Assembly: GCA_034667225.1 (NCBI GenBank)
Contig: JAXDKG010000055.1
Location: 121,104-185,103, forward strand
Direction of reading: 5' to 3'
Source: Acidobacteriota bacterium
GTDB taxonomy: Bacteria; Acidobacteriota; Thermoanaerobaculia; Multivoradales; UBA5704
DNA length: 64,000 bases
The notes under the pieces were generated by a model, which was given only the letters and a program-made list of their open reading frames with translations, did no database searches and was not told where the DNA came from. Made by a program: the position numbers and the translations under genes. Of the stretch, positions 54,796-64,000 are shown piece after piece (the first letter of the stretch is position 1; each line of letters starts with the position of its first letter).

Positions 54796-55862
54796 CTGAC
54801 GAGACCTCCACCCCCACCGATACTGAAAGGAGTGAATACCGCCCCGCCTACGACCGAGTCGTCGAGCCCCGGGGTGTAGCCGGCCCGCTGCGGCATGATG
54901 ATCCGGCGCTCGACCCAGGTGCCCGGCGGGACCGCGGCGCCGAAGCCGAGGATCGACTCGCGCACCACGCTCCCCTTGCCTACCCGCGAGCCGGGCAGCA
55001 GGACCGACCTCTCGACCACCGCGCCCTCGCCCACCTTCGAGCCCGCCTCGATCGCGGAGCGCCGGACCTTCGCGCCGGGCTCCACCACGGCCTCCGGTGA
55101 GATCCAGGCCTGCCGCCAGAGCCGCTCCGGCCAGCCGGCCCGCGCCCAGTCGACCACCCCTTCGAGGAAGCGCTGGGGCGTCCCGAGGTCGTGCCATGGC
55201 CGCGTGGTGACCAGCGACGTCAGCTTTCCCTCGGGCTCGGCCAGCAACGGGATGTAGAGGTCGTGGACGATGTCCGATCTCCCCGGACCTACCCGCTCCA
55301 GGAGCCGGGGCGAGATCACGTGGGCACCGGCGAAGACATGGCGCCGGACCACCTCGCCCTTCTCCGGATCGTTGGGACGGAACGACAGGATCCGGCCGTT
55401 GCGGTCGAGCCCCACTCCGCCGCCGAAATCCGCGGGCGGAGCCTGGGCTGTGAAAAGGAGCGCGGCCTGGGCACTGTCTGCCTGGAAACGCCGAATCAGC
55501 TTCTTGAGCGGCCAGCGGCAGAGGCTGTCGCCGTTGATCAGCAGGACCATGTCGGCCCCGGCGAGGAACTCCTTGAGCGGATGGAGCGCGCCCAGGGTCC
55601 CTAGCAGCTCGGGCTCCTCGGAGTAGACGAGCGGCATGCCGGCGAAGCTCTCGCCGAAGCGCTGCCGGATCTGGTCTCCTCGATGATGGAGGTTGACCGC
55701 CGCGGCCTCGCAGCCGACCGCGGCGAGCTGCTGCAGGGTGTGCCCGAGGATGGGCAGCCCGGTGACGGGAAGCAAGGGCTTGGGAGCGACGTCCGTCAAC
55801 GGCCGCAGACGCGTGCCGAGCCCCGCCGCCAGAACCAGGGCCCTCAAACGACTCCCTTGCAT
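54792..55862 (-). CDS. NDP-sugar pyrophosphorylase (mannose-1-P guanylyltransferase-like)
   Basis: LAAGLGTRLRPLT...PKPLLPV, E..LLGT.G, NGD, WHDLGTP; C-terminal left-handed beta-helix. Confidence 0.88.
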   Translation of the reverse strand: MQGSRLRALVLAAGLGTRLRPLTDVAPKPLLPVTGLPILGHTLQQLAAVGCEAAAVNLHHRGDQIRQRFGESFAGMPLVYSEEPELLGTLGALHPLKEFLAGADMVLLINGDSLCRWPLKKLIRRFQADSAQAALLFTAQAPPADFGGGVGLDRNGRILSFRPNDPEKGEVVRRHVFAGAHVISPRLLERVGPGRSDIVHDLYIPLLAEPEGKLTSLVTTRPWHDLGTPQRFLEGVVDWARAGWPERLWRQAWISPEAVVEPGAKVRRSAIEAGSKVGEGAVVERSVLLPGSRVGKGSVVRESILGFGAAVPPGTWVERRIIMPQRAGYTPGLDDSVVGGAVFTPFSIGGGGGLVS

Positions 55863-55867
55863 GTTTG

Positions 55868-56425
55868 TCAGCGGTCCCCGAAAACCATCTCGGGAGGCGC
55901 GTCCGGATGCTGCTTGAGGTAGTCCTCGTAAAGACGCAGATAGGAGCGCCGCTCGGCCTTGTCGGGATCGAAGCCGCAGCGCTTCGCCACCACCTCGGCG
56001 CGGTCGCCCTCGAACTCGGCGAAGTCGCCGATCGGGGTATGGTCGAGGGCGATGGTCACGCCGCCGAGCTGCCACTCCTCCCGCATCTTCTGATAGCGGC
56101 GGACGGCGGCGAAGCCGAGGTTTTCGAGCAGCGCCCGCGCCTGCTCGGCGTTCTCGACCTCGATCTCGTGCTCCTGCCGGATCTTGAGGTTCCCCTCCAG
56201 CCGCATCGGTCCCTTGTAGGTGAGGCGGGCTTTCCCGCCGTCGGTGCGCAGCCGCAGGATCTTGCCCTCCTGCATCAGCTCGGTGCCGCGGTCGAGGATC
56301 CAGTTGTCCTCGAATGCAGATGGCCCCTTCCGCTCGGCTTCCAGCTCGATGAGGCGGTCCCGGAGCTTCTCCAGCTCCACGTGCGGAAACTTGATCTCCC
56401 GCTCTAGATTGTCCTTACTCCTCAT
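55868..56425 (-). CDS. CYTH-domain (class IV adenylate cyclase-like) protein
   Basis: EREIK (ExExK), LRLR, LTYKGP, E.E, K.RE, F.EFEG, SY..L. Confidence 0.88.
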   Translation of the reverse strand: MRSKDNLEREIKFPHVELEKLRDRLIELEAERKGPSAFEDNWILDRGTELMQEGKILRLRTDGGKARLTYKGPMRLEGNLKIRQEHEIEVENAEQARALLENLGFAAVRRYQKMREEWQLGGVTIALDHTPIGDFAEFEGDRAEVVAKRCGFDPDKAERRSYLRLYEDYLKQHPDAPPEMVFGDR

Positions 56426-57804
56426 AGCTCGCCCAGGCGATCCAGCAGCCGCGCCACGGAGCGGATCCCGTTGTAATAGTGACTGATGTTGAATTTCTCA
56501 TTCGGAGCATGCAGGCCGTCGTCGGCCAGGCCGAAGCCGAGCAGCAGCACCGGCGCCTTCAGCTCCGCGGCGAAGGTGGCGACGATCGGGATCGAGCCTC
56601 CCTCGCGGATGCGCACCGGCCGCGCTCCCCAAACTTCCTCCATGGCATCCATGGCGGCCTCGACGATCGGCCCCTGGGCCTCGACCACCACCGGATCGGC
56701 CCCGTGCAGGGATTCCACCTCGACCTTCACCCCCGTCGGAGCGATCGAGCGGACGTAGTCGGCGAACAGCTTCGCGATCTTTCTGGGATCCTGGTCGGGC
56801 ACCAGCCGCATGGAGACCTTGGCGCCGCCCCAGGAGGGCAGCACCGTCTTGGCGCCCTTGCCCATGTAGCCGCCGAAGATGCCGTTGACATCGCAGGTCG
56901 GCCGCGCCCAGGTGCGCTCGCGGGTGGAGTAGCTCTCCTCGCCGAACAGCTCGGGCACGCCGAGCTCGGCCTGGTACTCCTTCTCGTTGAACGGCAGGGC
57001 TCCGAATTCCTTACGCTCCCAGTCCTCCAGAGGCCGCACGTCGTCGTAGAAGCCCGGGATCAGGATGCGGCCGGTCTTCTCGTCCTGCAGCTTGGAGATG
57101 ATCAGGGCGAGGGCGTTGAGCGGGTTTCTCACCGCGCCGCCGAAGGTGCCGGAGTGCAGGTCCCGGTTCGGGCCGGTGACCTTGATCTCCATGTAGGCGA
57201 GCCCCTTCAAGCCGTAGATCAGCGACGGCTGGCCGGGCGCGTAGAGGGAGGTGTCCGAAACCACGACACAGTCGCACTTGAGGCGCTTGCCCCCATCCTT
57301 GCGGACGTACTCGTCGATGGCCTGCCCGCCCGCCTCTTCCTCGCCCTCGACCAGGAACTTGACGTTCACCGGCAGCTTGCCGCGCTCGGCCAGCAGCGCC
57401 GCGACGCCTTTGAGGTGGGTGTACGACTGCCCCTTGTCGTCCGTGGAACCGCGGGCCACGAGCTTGTCGCCCTCGACCGTCGGCTCGAACGGCGGGTTGC
57501 GCCAGAGGTCGACCGGATCGACCGGCTGCACGTCGTAATGGCCATAGAAAAGGACCGTCGGCTTGCCCGGCGCGCCGAGCCACTCGCCGTAGACGAGGGG
57601 ATAGCCGTCGGTCTCGATGCGCTCGGCCGTGAGGCCCGCGTCGCGCATCTTGCCCAGCAGGAACTCGCTCGCCCGCCACACGTCGTCGCGATAGGCCGGG
57701 TCGGTCGAGATCGAGGGGATGCGGATATAGTCCTTCAGCTCTTCCAGGTAGCCTTCTTTTTCGGCCTCGATGCGATCGAGCACGTCCTGCGAACTGTTTG
57801 CCAC
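56422..57804 (-). CDS. M20-family dipeptidase
   Basis: YGHYDVQP, ARGSTDDKGQ, EGEEE, DLHSG, GGSIP, HAPNE. Confidence 0.92.
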   Translation of the reverse strand: MANSSQDVLDRIEAEKEGYLEELKDYIRIPSISTDPAYRDDVWRASEFLLGKMRDAGLTAERIETDGYPLVYGEWLGAPGKPTVLFYGHYDVQPVDPVDLWRNPPFEPTVEGDKLVARGSTDDKGQSYTHLKGVAALLAERGKLPVNVKFLVEGEEEAGGQAIDEYVRKDGGKRLKCDCVVVSDTSLYAPGQPSLIYGLKGLAYMEIKVTGPNRDLHSGTFGGAVRNPLNALALIISKLQDEKTGRILIPGFYDDVRPLEDWERKEFGALPFNEKEYQAELGVPELFGEESYSTRERTWARPTCDVNGIFGGYMGKGAKTVLPSWGGAKVSMRLVPDQDPRKIAKLFADYVRSIAPTGVKVEVESLHGADPVVVEAQGPIVEAAMDAMEEVWGARPVRIREGGSIPIVATFAAELKAPVLLLGFGLADDGLHAPNEKFNISHYYNGIRSVARLLDRLGEL

Positions 57805-57807
57805 GTC

Positions 57808-58413
57808 TCAGCCCTCCTCTTCACTCCGCGGGAGTCTAGCAGAGTCAATTACCCGGCTGGCCAGGCGCCGGAGGTTCACCCCATTGACGACGAAGTGCCC
57901 GATCACCGGCGCCAGAAGGTTGCCGCGCCACTCCATCAGCCCTCCGAACAGCCCCCCGGCCACGACCGCGAACAGGGTCCAGACGCGGAAGGCCTTCCCG
58001 GGTCCCGTATGGAGGACGGCGAACAGCACGGTCGCGGCGAGCCAGCCCCACTGTCCCTGCACCGCGCCGCGGAAGAACAGCTCCTCGGCGAAACCCGAGA
58101 GCACGGCGAGCGAGATCGCCTCCGCGACGGTCAGGGGACCCAGCACCACGGCGAGCTGCTCCTCGAGCTGCTTCGCCAGGGGGGAGATCCGCTCGCCGGC
58201 CCACCAGAGCCCCAGGAGCAACAGGCCGGACCCGATCCCGAGCAACAGGTCGATCCACCAGCCGTCGCGGTCGAAAAACAGGCCGAGGGGGATCGGACCG
58301 TCGATGCGGAACCCGATCCACAGGATGCCCGCCACGGCCATCAGCAGGTAGATCACCCAGCCGAGGCGGTAGAGGCGCCCCGGCTCGGGAGGGGTTGGGG
58401 ACAGCGGCTGCAA
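57808..58413 (-). CDS. CPBP-family intramembrane protease
   Basis: EELFFRG, FAVLH, HFVVN. Confidence 0.88.
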   Translation of the reverse strand: MQPLSPTPPEPGRLYRLGWVIYLLMAVAGILWIGFRIDGPIPLGLFFDRDGWWIDLLLGIGSGLLLLGLWWAGERISPLAKQLEEQLAVVLGPLTVAEAISLAVLSGFAEELFFRGAVQGQWGWLAATVLFAVLHTGPGKAFRVWTLFAVVAGGLFGGLMEWRGNLLAPVIGHFVVNGVNLRRLASRVIDSARLPRSEEEG

Positions 58414-58418
58414 CGGCC

Positions 58419-59075
58419 CTACTCGTCGAACTTCTTGCCCGTCTTGTTCCAGTCGGAGAGGAAACGCTCCAGGCCGGAGTCGGTCAACGGGTGCTTGTAG
58501 AGCTGCTCCAGGACCTTGAACGGCAGCGTGGCCACGTCCGCCCCGAGCTGCGCGGACTGGACAATGTGCACGGGATGGCGCACCGAGGCGACCAGCACCT
58601 TGGTGTCGAAGTCATAGGCGCGGTAGATGGTCACGACCTGGTCGATGAGGAGCATGCCGTCCTCGGCCACGTCGTCCAGCCGCCCGATGAAGGGAGAGAT
58701 GTAGGCCGCGCCGGCCTTGGCCGCGAGCAAGGCCTGGGCCGCGGAGAAGCAGAGGGTCACGTTGCAGCGGATCCCCTCCTTGAGGAGCTCGCGCACGGCG
58801 CGCAGCCCCGCCGGGGTCAGCGGCACCTTGACGATCACGTTCTCGGCCAGGCCGGCGAGGCGGCGGCCCTGCTCCATCATCTCGTCGAACTCGGTCGCCA
58901 GCACCTCGCCCGAGACGGGGCCAGGCACCAGGCGCGCGATTTCCTGGACGGTCTGGAGGTAAGGCCGGCCCATCTTCGCGATCAGGGTCGGGTTGGTGGT
59001 GATGCCGTCGACCATGCCCCATTCGAGGCCGGTCTCGATCTCTTTGATGTCCGCGGTATCTAGAAAGAACTCCAT
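58419..59075 (-). CDS. Transaldolase / fructose-6-phosphate aldolase
   Basis: FFLDTA, GITTNPTL, VKVP (Schiff-base Lys), NVTLCFS, SPFIGRLDD, ASVRHP. Confidence 0.93.
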   Translation of the reverse strand: MEFFLDTADIKEIETGLEWGMVDGITTNPTLIAKMGRPYLQTVQEIARLVPGPVSGEVLATEFDEMMEQGRRLAGLAENVIVKVPLTPAGLRAVRELLKEGIRCNVTLCFSAAQALLAAKAGAAYISPFIGRLDDVAEDGMLLIDQVVTIYRAYDFDTKVLVASVRHPVHIVQSAQLGADVATLPFKVLEQLYKHPLTDSGLERFLSDWNKTGKKFDE

Positions 59076-59164
59076 CTGGGATTTCCCTCCGTGTCGGGGT
59101 GAATGGCGGGGAGGCCCGTGGCCTCCCGCCGGGCAAGTCTACACGGAGGACGCCACCGGCAGGA

Positions 59165-60406
59165 TCAGGGCGCCGTGAAGTTGTAGGGCTGGCAGTTCGA
59201 GCAGCCTCCATCCGACACGCAGGTGGCCCACACGTACTGGTGCCCGGAGACGTGAGCACCCGGAGAGGGAAAGCTCGTCGTCCAGTTCACGAAGTACCGG
59301 CTGAAGCGGGTCAGCGTCGCCGAGACGACCTTGTAGGAGGAGCTGTAAGTGCCAGTCGACGGATTCCAGTAGAGGCCTGTGGTCAGATTCTGAAAGGTGC
59401 TCTGGCCGGAAGCGCTGAAGTCGAAGCCCGCTCCCCACATGGCGTCCGAGGCATTGCCGGCCCAGGAGGTCGGAGGCGTTCCATTCGGCGTGGTCCGGTA
59501 GGTCTGCGCGCAGGTCTTGTCCCAGATGTGAATGGCGTTGTTGGTGGTATCGCCGTTCGGCCAGCGGATATAGGCAGGTTCGTCCGTCTGGTCGGACGGG
59601 GTGCCCGCCCAGGTCCACGGCCCCTTGGTCGCGTTGCCGGATGCATCCGTGCAGAGCCAGTTGCCGCCATAGAGCCATGACCCGTTCCGATAGGTGTTGA
59701 GCTCGCCACAGGTGTTCGGCGGACCTCCGGTCACGGTGTAGTAGAGGTTCGACGGCGACGAGTATTGAAAGTTGACCAGCCGGTTGAACTGAGCGTAGCC
59801 CACAATCGCCGCCGCGGTGATGGGCCGCAGACCTCCCCCTCCCGCGCGGATCACGCCGCCCGCGGCACGGCCGCGGAGCACCCGCAGCTCCACCCGCGTT
59901 CCACCCTCTGCCGTCCCCAGGTCGGCCATCCAGCGCACGGGCGTCGAGGTGGCCGCGGTGAGCGATTTCAGCAACTCTCCCCTGCCGCCGATCATCGCCA
60001 CCTCGACGGCGCTGTCCGCCTCGAGAAGATTCACGGCCACTCGGACCGCCTCATCCGATGTCTCCATGGAGAGCTTGCCCGTCTCCCCTGCCGCGACCTG
60101 CAGCTGCGCGCCGAGCGCGATCACATCCTGAGCCCATTCAGGCCGATCGACGTACATTGTCAGCTTCCGGCCCGTCCTCTCCATCCGGACCGTGCCGTTG
60201 AAATCGACCTCCATGGCACGGGGGTCGAAGTCGTCAGGCGCCGCCACGACCAGCTCGGCCGCCTTGTCGCCCAGATTCCAGACCCAGGTCCGGCCCGCCG
60301 CGCCTCTTTCCTTCTCGACCGGCCTCTCCTCCCGGCCGCCGGCATAGACGATCCCTCCGTGCAAGAGCAACACGGCCATTGACGAAAGCAATAGCTTCCT
60401 GGACAT
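59165..60406 (-). CDS. Secreted hypothetical protein with a Trp/Cys-rich C-terminal domain
   Basis: GGAGG RBS; signal peptide; C-terminal Thr/Gly/Trp-rich region with 6 Cys. Confidence 0.7.
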   Translation of the reverse strand: MSRKLLLSSMAVLLLHGGIVYAGGREERPVEKERGAAGRTWVWNLGDKAAELVVAAPDDFDPRAMEVDFNGTVRMERTGRKLTMYVDRPEWAQDVIALGAQLQVAAGETGKLSMETSDEAVRVAVNLLEADSAVEVAMIGGRGELLKSLTAATSTPVRWMADLGTAEGGTRVELRVLRGRAAGGVIRAGGGGLRPITAAAIVGYAQFNRLVNFQYSSPSNLYYTVTGGPPNTCGELNTYRNGSWLYGGNWLCTDASGNATKGPWTWAGTPSDQTDEPAYIRWPNGDTTNNAIHIWDKTCAQTYRTTPNGTPPTSWAGNASDAMWGAGFDFSASGQSTFQNLTTGLYWNPSTGTYSSSYKVVSATLTRFSRYFVNWTTSFPSPGAHVSGHQYVWATCVSDGGCSNCQPYNFTAP

Positions 60407-60480
60407 CCCTCCTCCTTTCAGAGGTTCAAGAAAGTGAACTTCTGAGGGAGAGTGACCAAGTCGAGAAGAGTGTTTCTATA

Positions 60481-60513
60481 TAAAAGGCGAAAGGCCTCGG
60501 GAAGGGGCCTTTC
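60481..60513 (-). terminator. Terminator downstream of gyrA
   Basis: GAAAGGCCCC-TTCCC-GAGGCCTTTC followed by GCCTTTTA on the minus strand. Confidence 0.6.
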
Positions 60514-60517
60514 TCGA

Positions 60518-63136
60518 TCAGTGCACGGTCTCGGGGTCTTCCTCGTCGTCGAGGAGCTCGTCGTCGTCCAAGTCCGGCTCGGCCTCCAGCTCCAGCTCGG
60601 GCGCGAAGACCTCGGCGAGAGGATCGACATCGGCTCCGTTGCCCTCACTGTCCCCTTCCACCATGCCCTCGGTGGCCTCGACGAGAACTTCCTCCTCGCG
60701 CTCCACCTTGGCGATGGCGACGAGGCGGTCCTCGCCGTAGAGGTTCATGAGCCGGACCCCCTGGGTCGAGCGGCCCACGAGGCGCACCCCCGAGACGTTG
60801 ATGCGGATGATCATTCCGTCCTGGGTGATGAGCATCAGGCCGTCGCTGTCGGTCACGAAGCGGGCGCCGACGACCTCGCCGGTCTTGGGGGTCACCTTGA
60901 GGTTGATGATGCCCATGCCGCCGCGGCTCTGCCTGCGGTAGTCCTCGATCGGCGTGCGCTTGCCATAGCCGCGCTCGGTGACCGTGAGGATCTCGCCGTG
61001 CGGGTCGAGCGCCTCCATGCCTATCACCCGGTCGCCCTTGCGCAGGGTGATGCCCCGCACGCCGTAGGTCGCGCGCCCCATGGGCCGCGTGTCGCTCTCC
61101 GGAAAGCGGACGGAGAAGCCCTTGGCGGTCGCCAGGAGGATGTCCTTGGTGCCGTCCGTCTCGCGCACGGCGAGCACCTTGTCCCCCTCGTCGATGTTGA
61201 TGCCGATGATGCCGCCCACCCGCGGGTTCGCATAGGCCGAGAGCGCGGTCTTCTTGACCGTGCCGTTCGCCGTGCAGAACACGAGATAGCGGTCCTCGGG
61301 GAAGGTGCGCACGGACACGGTCGTCGCGACCCGCTCCTTCGCCTCGAGATTGAGGAGGTTCACGATCGCCTTGCCGCGCGCCGCCGGGCCGGCCTCCGGG
61401 ATCTCATGCACCTTGAGCCAGTGCACGCGCCCGCTCTCGGTGAAAGCCAGGATGTAGCTGTGCGCCGAGGCGACATAAAGATGCTCGACGAAGTCGTCCT
61501 CCCGCGTGGCCATGCCGGTGCGGCCGCGGCCGCCGCGGTGCTGAGCGCGGTAGAGGGTCAGCGGCGAGCGCTTCACATAGCCGGTCTTGGTGACCGTGAT
61601 CACCATGGGCTCGTCCGCGATCATGTCCTCGATCGAAATATCGAGCATCTCGGGGATGATCTCGGTCCGCCGCTTGTCGCCGTAAAGCTCCTTGAGCTCG
61701 CCGAGCTCGTTCTTGATCTCCTCCAGCACCAATTGATCGGAGCCGAGGATCGCGCGCAGCCGCTCGATCGTGATCATCAGCTCGCGGTACTCGTCGACGA
61801 TCTTCTCGCGCTCGAGGCCGGTCAGGCGCTGCAGGCGCATGTCGAGGATCGCCTGCGCCTGGACCTCGGACAGCGCAAAGCCACTCATCAGGTTTTCGCG
61901 CGCTTCGCTCGGTGTCGCGCTGGCGCGGATCGTCGCGATCACTTCGTCCAGGTGATCGAGGGCCTTGAGGATGCCCTCCAGAATGTGAGCGCGCTCCTCG
62001 GCCTTGCGCAGGTCGAAGCGCGAGCGCCGGATGATGACCGTCTTGCGATGATTGATGAAGTGGTAGAGCAACTCCTTGAGCGTCATCACCCGCGGCTGGT
62101 TGTCCACGATGGCCAGCAGGATGATGCCGAACGTGGTCTGCATCTGGGTCATCTTGTAAAGCGAGTTCAGGATGACCTCGGGCACCTCGTTGCGCTTGAC
62201 GTCGAGCACGATCCGGATGCCTTCGCGGTCGGACTCGTCGCGCAGGTCGGAAATCCCTTCGATCTTCTTTTCGCGGATCAGCTCGGCCATGCGTTCGATC
62301 AGCCTGGCCTTGTTGACCTGGTAGGGAATCTCGGTCACGACGATCGACTGGCGCTCGCCTTTGGCATGGGTTTCGATCCCGGCCCGGGCGCGCACCTGCA
62401 TGATGCCGCGGCCGGTGGTGTAGGCCGCGCGGATGCCGGCCAGGCCGTGGATGTAGCCCGCGGTCGGAAAGTCCGGGCCCGGGATGACCTGCATGAGCTC
62501 GTCGATCGTGATGTCCGGGTTGTCGATCATCAGGAGCAGCGCATCGACCACCTCGCCGAGGTTGTGCGGCGGGATGTTCGTGGCCATGCCGACCGCGATG
62601 CCGGAGCCGCCGTTGACCAGGAGGTTGGGCACGCGCGCGGGCAGGACCATCGGCTCGGTTTCGGAGCCGTCGTAGTTCGGCACCCAGTCGACCGTGTCCT
62701 TGTCGATGTCGTCGCGGAGCATCTCCTCGGCGAGCTTCATCAGGCGGACCTCGGTGTACCGCATGGCCGCCGGGTTGTCGCCGTCGATGGAGCCGAAGTT
62801 GCCCTGGCCGTCGACCAGGGGATAGCGCAGGGCGAAGTCCTGGGCCATGCGCACGACGGTGTCGTAGATCGCCGAGTCGCCGTGCGGGTGATATTTGCCC
62901 ATGACGTCGCCGACGATGCGCGCCGACTTCTTGTAGGGCCGGTCGGAGCGGTTGCCGCTCTCCCACATGCCATAGATCACGCGCCGGTGCACCGGCTTCA
63001 TGCCGTCGCGCACGTCGGGCAGCGCGCGGCCGATGATCACGCTCATCGCGTAATCGAGATAGCTGCGCTTCATCTCCTCTTCGATGTCAACCGGGATCGG
63101 CTGCTCGAAGGGGAGGTTCTGTTCGTTGTCGCTCAT
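60518..63136 (-). CDS. gyrA: DNA gyrase subunit A
   Basis: [29 protein letters not shown] (catalytic Tyr), GyrA-box QHRGGRG, acidic tail. Confidence 0.98.
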   Translation of the reverse strand: MSDNEQNLPFEQPIPVDIEEEMKRSYLDYAMSVIIGRALPDVRDGMKPVHRRVIYGMWESGNRSDRPYKKSARIVGDVMGKYHPHGDSAIYDTVVRMAQDFALRYPLVDGQGNFGSIDGDNPAAMRYTEVRLMKLAEEMLRDDIDKDTVDWVPNYDGSETEPMVLPARVPNLLVNGGSGIAVGMATNIPPHNLGEVVDALLLMIDNPDITIDELMQVIPGPDFPTAGYIHGLAGIRAAYTTGRGIMQVRARAGIETHAKGERQSIVVTEIPYQVNKARLIERMAELIREKKIEGISDLRDESDREGIRIVLDVKRNEVPEVILNSLYKMTQMQTTFGIILLAIVDNQPRVMTLKELLYHFINHRKTVIIRRSRFDLRKAEERAHILEGILKALDHLDEVIATIRASATPSEARENLMSGFALSEVQAQAILDMRLQRLTGLEREKIVDEYRELMITIERLRAILGSDQLVLEEIKNELGELKELYGDKRRTEIIPEMLDISIEDMIADEPMVITVTKTGYVKRSPLTLYRAQHRGGRGRTGMATREDDFVEHLYVASAHSYILAFTESGRVHWLKVHEIPEAGPAARGKAIVNLLNLEAKERVATTVSVRTFPEDRYLVFCTANGTVKKTALSAYANPRVGGIIGINIDEGDKVLAVRETDGTKDILLATAKGFSVRFPESDTRPMGRATYGVRGITLRKGDRVIGMEALDPHGEILTVTERGYGKRTPIEDYRRQSRGGMGIINLKVTPKTGEVVGARFVTDSDGLMLITQDGMIIRINVSGVRLVGRSTQGVRLMNLYGEDRLVAIAKVEREEEVLVEATEGMVEGDSEGNGADVDPLAEVFAPELELEAEPDLDDDELLDDEEDPETVH

Positions 63137-63158
63137 CGATTCGCTTTTCTTTCCTGGG

Positions 63159-63413
63159 TTAGGCGACCTGCTTCTCTTCCCTGCCGATCTCGTACAGGAA
63201 CTCGGGAGCGAAGTCGGCTCCGTTCGGCCACTCGATGGTTCGGGTCTCCTGACTGACTTTTACTTTGCTGAAGAAGCCCGGCTCCCGGAGAGGCTCGAAG
63301 ACCTCGCCATAAAGCTCACTGCTCAGATCGACGTCCTTCACGACGCCGTCCGAGAATTGGAGCCGGAACTCGTATCCTTCTTTCAGGGCGACCTGTTCTA
63401 CGTGCAAGAACAT
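63159..63413 (-). CDS. DUF2442-domain protein
   Basis: Y...LQFSDG....VDL....G.VFEPL....F..V......[15 protein letters not shown]; TAATG coupling to the antitoxin. Confidence 0.85.
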   Translation of the reverse strand: MFLHVEQVALKEGYEFRLQFSDGVVKDVDLSSELYGEVFEPLREPGFFSKVKVSQETRTIEWPNGADFAPEFLYEIGREEKQVA

Positions 63414-63673
63414 TAAGCTTCCCGAAGCCCCTCCAACACCCACTGACGCAGGAGAGTCCTCTTGTCCAGCCCTTTGGCCTTTGCGATCTTCTCGACAGCT
63501 TCGACCTCCTTGGGCTCCAAAGGGACCACCATCACAGTGCTCCGTTTCCTTTCGAAGACGGGCTCGGTGACCTCTTCAAACTCGTCGTCGAAATCTGTCG
63601 CATCGTGGGTGTCCCAGAAACGAGCCATCTCTGCGATCGAGTCGGTGTCGGGGACTTTTACCTTTCTGTTCAT
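63413..63673 (-). CDS. BrnA/CopG-family antitoxin
   Basis: P..DS..E.A.FWDTHD.TDF; C-terminal RHH-like IAKAKGL...TLLRQWV.E. Confidence 0.85.
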   Translation of the reverse strand: MNRKVKVPDTDSIAEMARFWDTHDATDFDDEFEEVTEPVFERKRSTVMVVPLEPKEVEAVEKIAKAKGLDKRTLLRQWVLEGLREA

Positions 63674-63966
63674 CTTCTATCCTGCCGTCTGGCCAACTGG
63701 AGAAATCGTTGTTCTTCTCTCCTCGTCATGGGACGAGCCGTCACAGGGAACCCTCTTCCATCCGCAAACTGGACCACGACGCAGAAAAGCAGCCGGCCGG
63801 CGTCGGTTCTCCCCAACACTTGGTAAAGAGGGTTTCTCCCTGTCGCCTTGGCTCGGCGGACCAGCGGCCGGCCAAAGCAGACCTCTTCAAACTCCTCCGG
63901 CTCAATTGCATGCCGGGAAATGTGCTCGATCCTGTCTTCCGTCCAGACGAACTCATTAATTTTCAC
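63670..63966 (-). CDS. BrnT-family toxin
   Basis: FVW.....HI.RH.I...E.EEV, LGRT.AGR.L..V, VTAR.M...E; TAGACT 6 nt upstream of the GTG start. Confidence 0.85.
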   Translation of the reverse strand: MKINEFVWTEDRIEHISRHAIEPEEFEEVCFGRPLVRRAKATGRNPLYQVLGRTDAGRLLFCVVVQFADGRGFPVTARPMTRREEQRFLQLARRQDRR

Positions 63967-64000
63967 TCTCTGAGTCTATCGCGACCCGGAGTTCCGCGTC

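Noticed and set aside
60452-63256. Long antisense or alternate-frame ORFs (also 31575..34166, 21011..23029, 23467..25341, 56479..58500, 38539..40599, 12511..13773)
   Set aside because: They are shadows of well-supported genes in high-GC DNA and carry no recognisable motifs.

Overview
High-GC bacterial chromosome segment. Gene content and repeat style suggest Acidobacteriota, probably Thermoanaerobaculia-like; this is an inference, as no marker search was run. Core blocks: mreBCD-mrdA-rodA-rng with a coupled LPS-kinase/glycoside-hydrolase fusion; surA-like/ruvA/ruvB; a lipid kinase and an acyl-CoA ligase; a type III PKS-methyltransferase-ACP-FAAL-flavoenzyme (alkylresorcinol-type) cluster; a DUF2064/radical SAM/metallophosphoesterase/flavoprotein cluster; hemH; a transaldolase-to-HAD operon; and gyrA preceded by BrnT/BrnA/DUF2442. 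The first accessory zone is at about 0.2-16.5 kb. It holds an HTH/TPR regulator array next to a small secreted peptide with a duplicated DEGCGADPDG motif, a TIR-TM-ACP-like protein, a Panacea antitoxin with a frameshifted RelE-like toxin, a graspetide precursor plus ATP-grasp ligase, twin Cys-rich secreted proteins and a DyP peroxidase. The second, at about 49.4-54.1 kb, holds decayed TA/HTH genes, lower-GC cargo and an IS1595 remnant. Several intergenic arrays of helically phased (10- and 21-bp period) repeats occur. No rRNA, tRNA or CRISPR was recognised. The best candidate for a new system is the HTH-TPR plus DxGCGxDPxG peptide locus, which resembles RRNPP peptide signalling in a diderm. 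Start codons were refined by eye from RBS and overlap patterns, and all family assignments are motif recognition, not database results.
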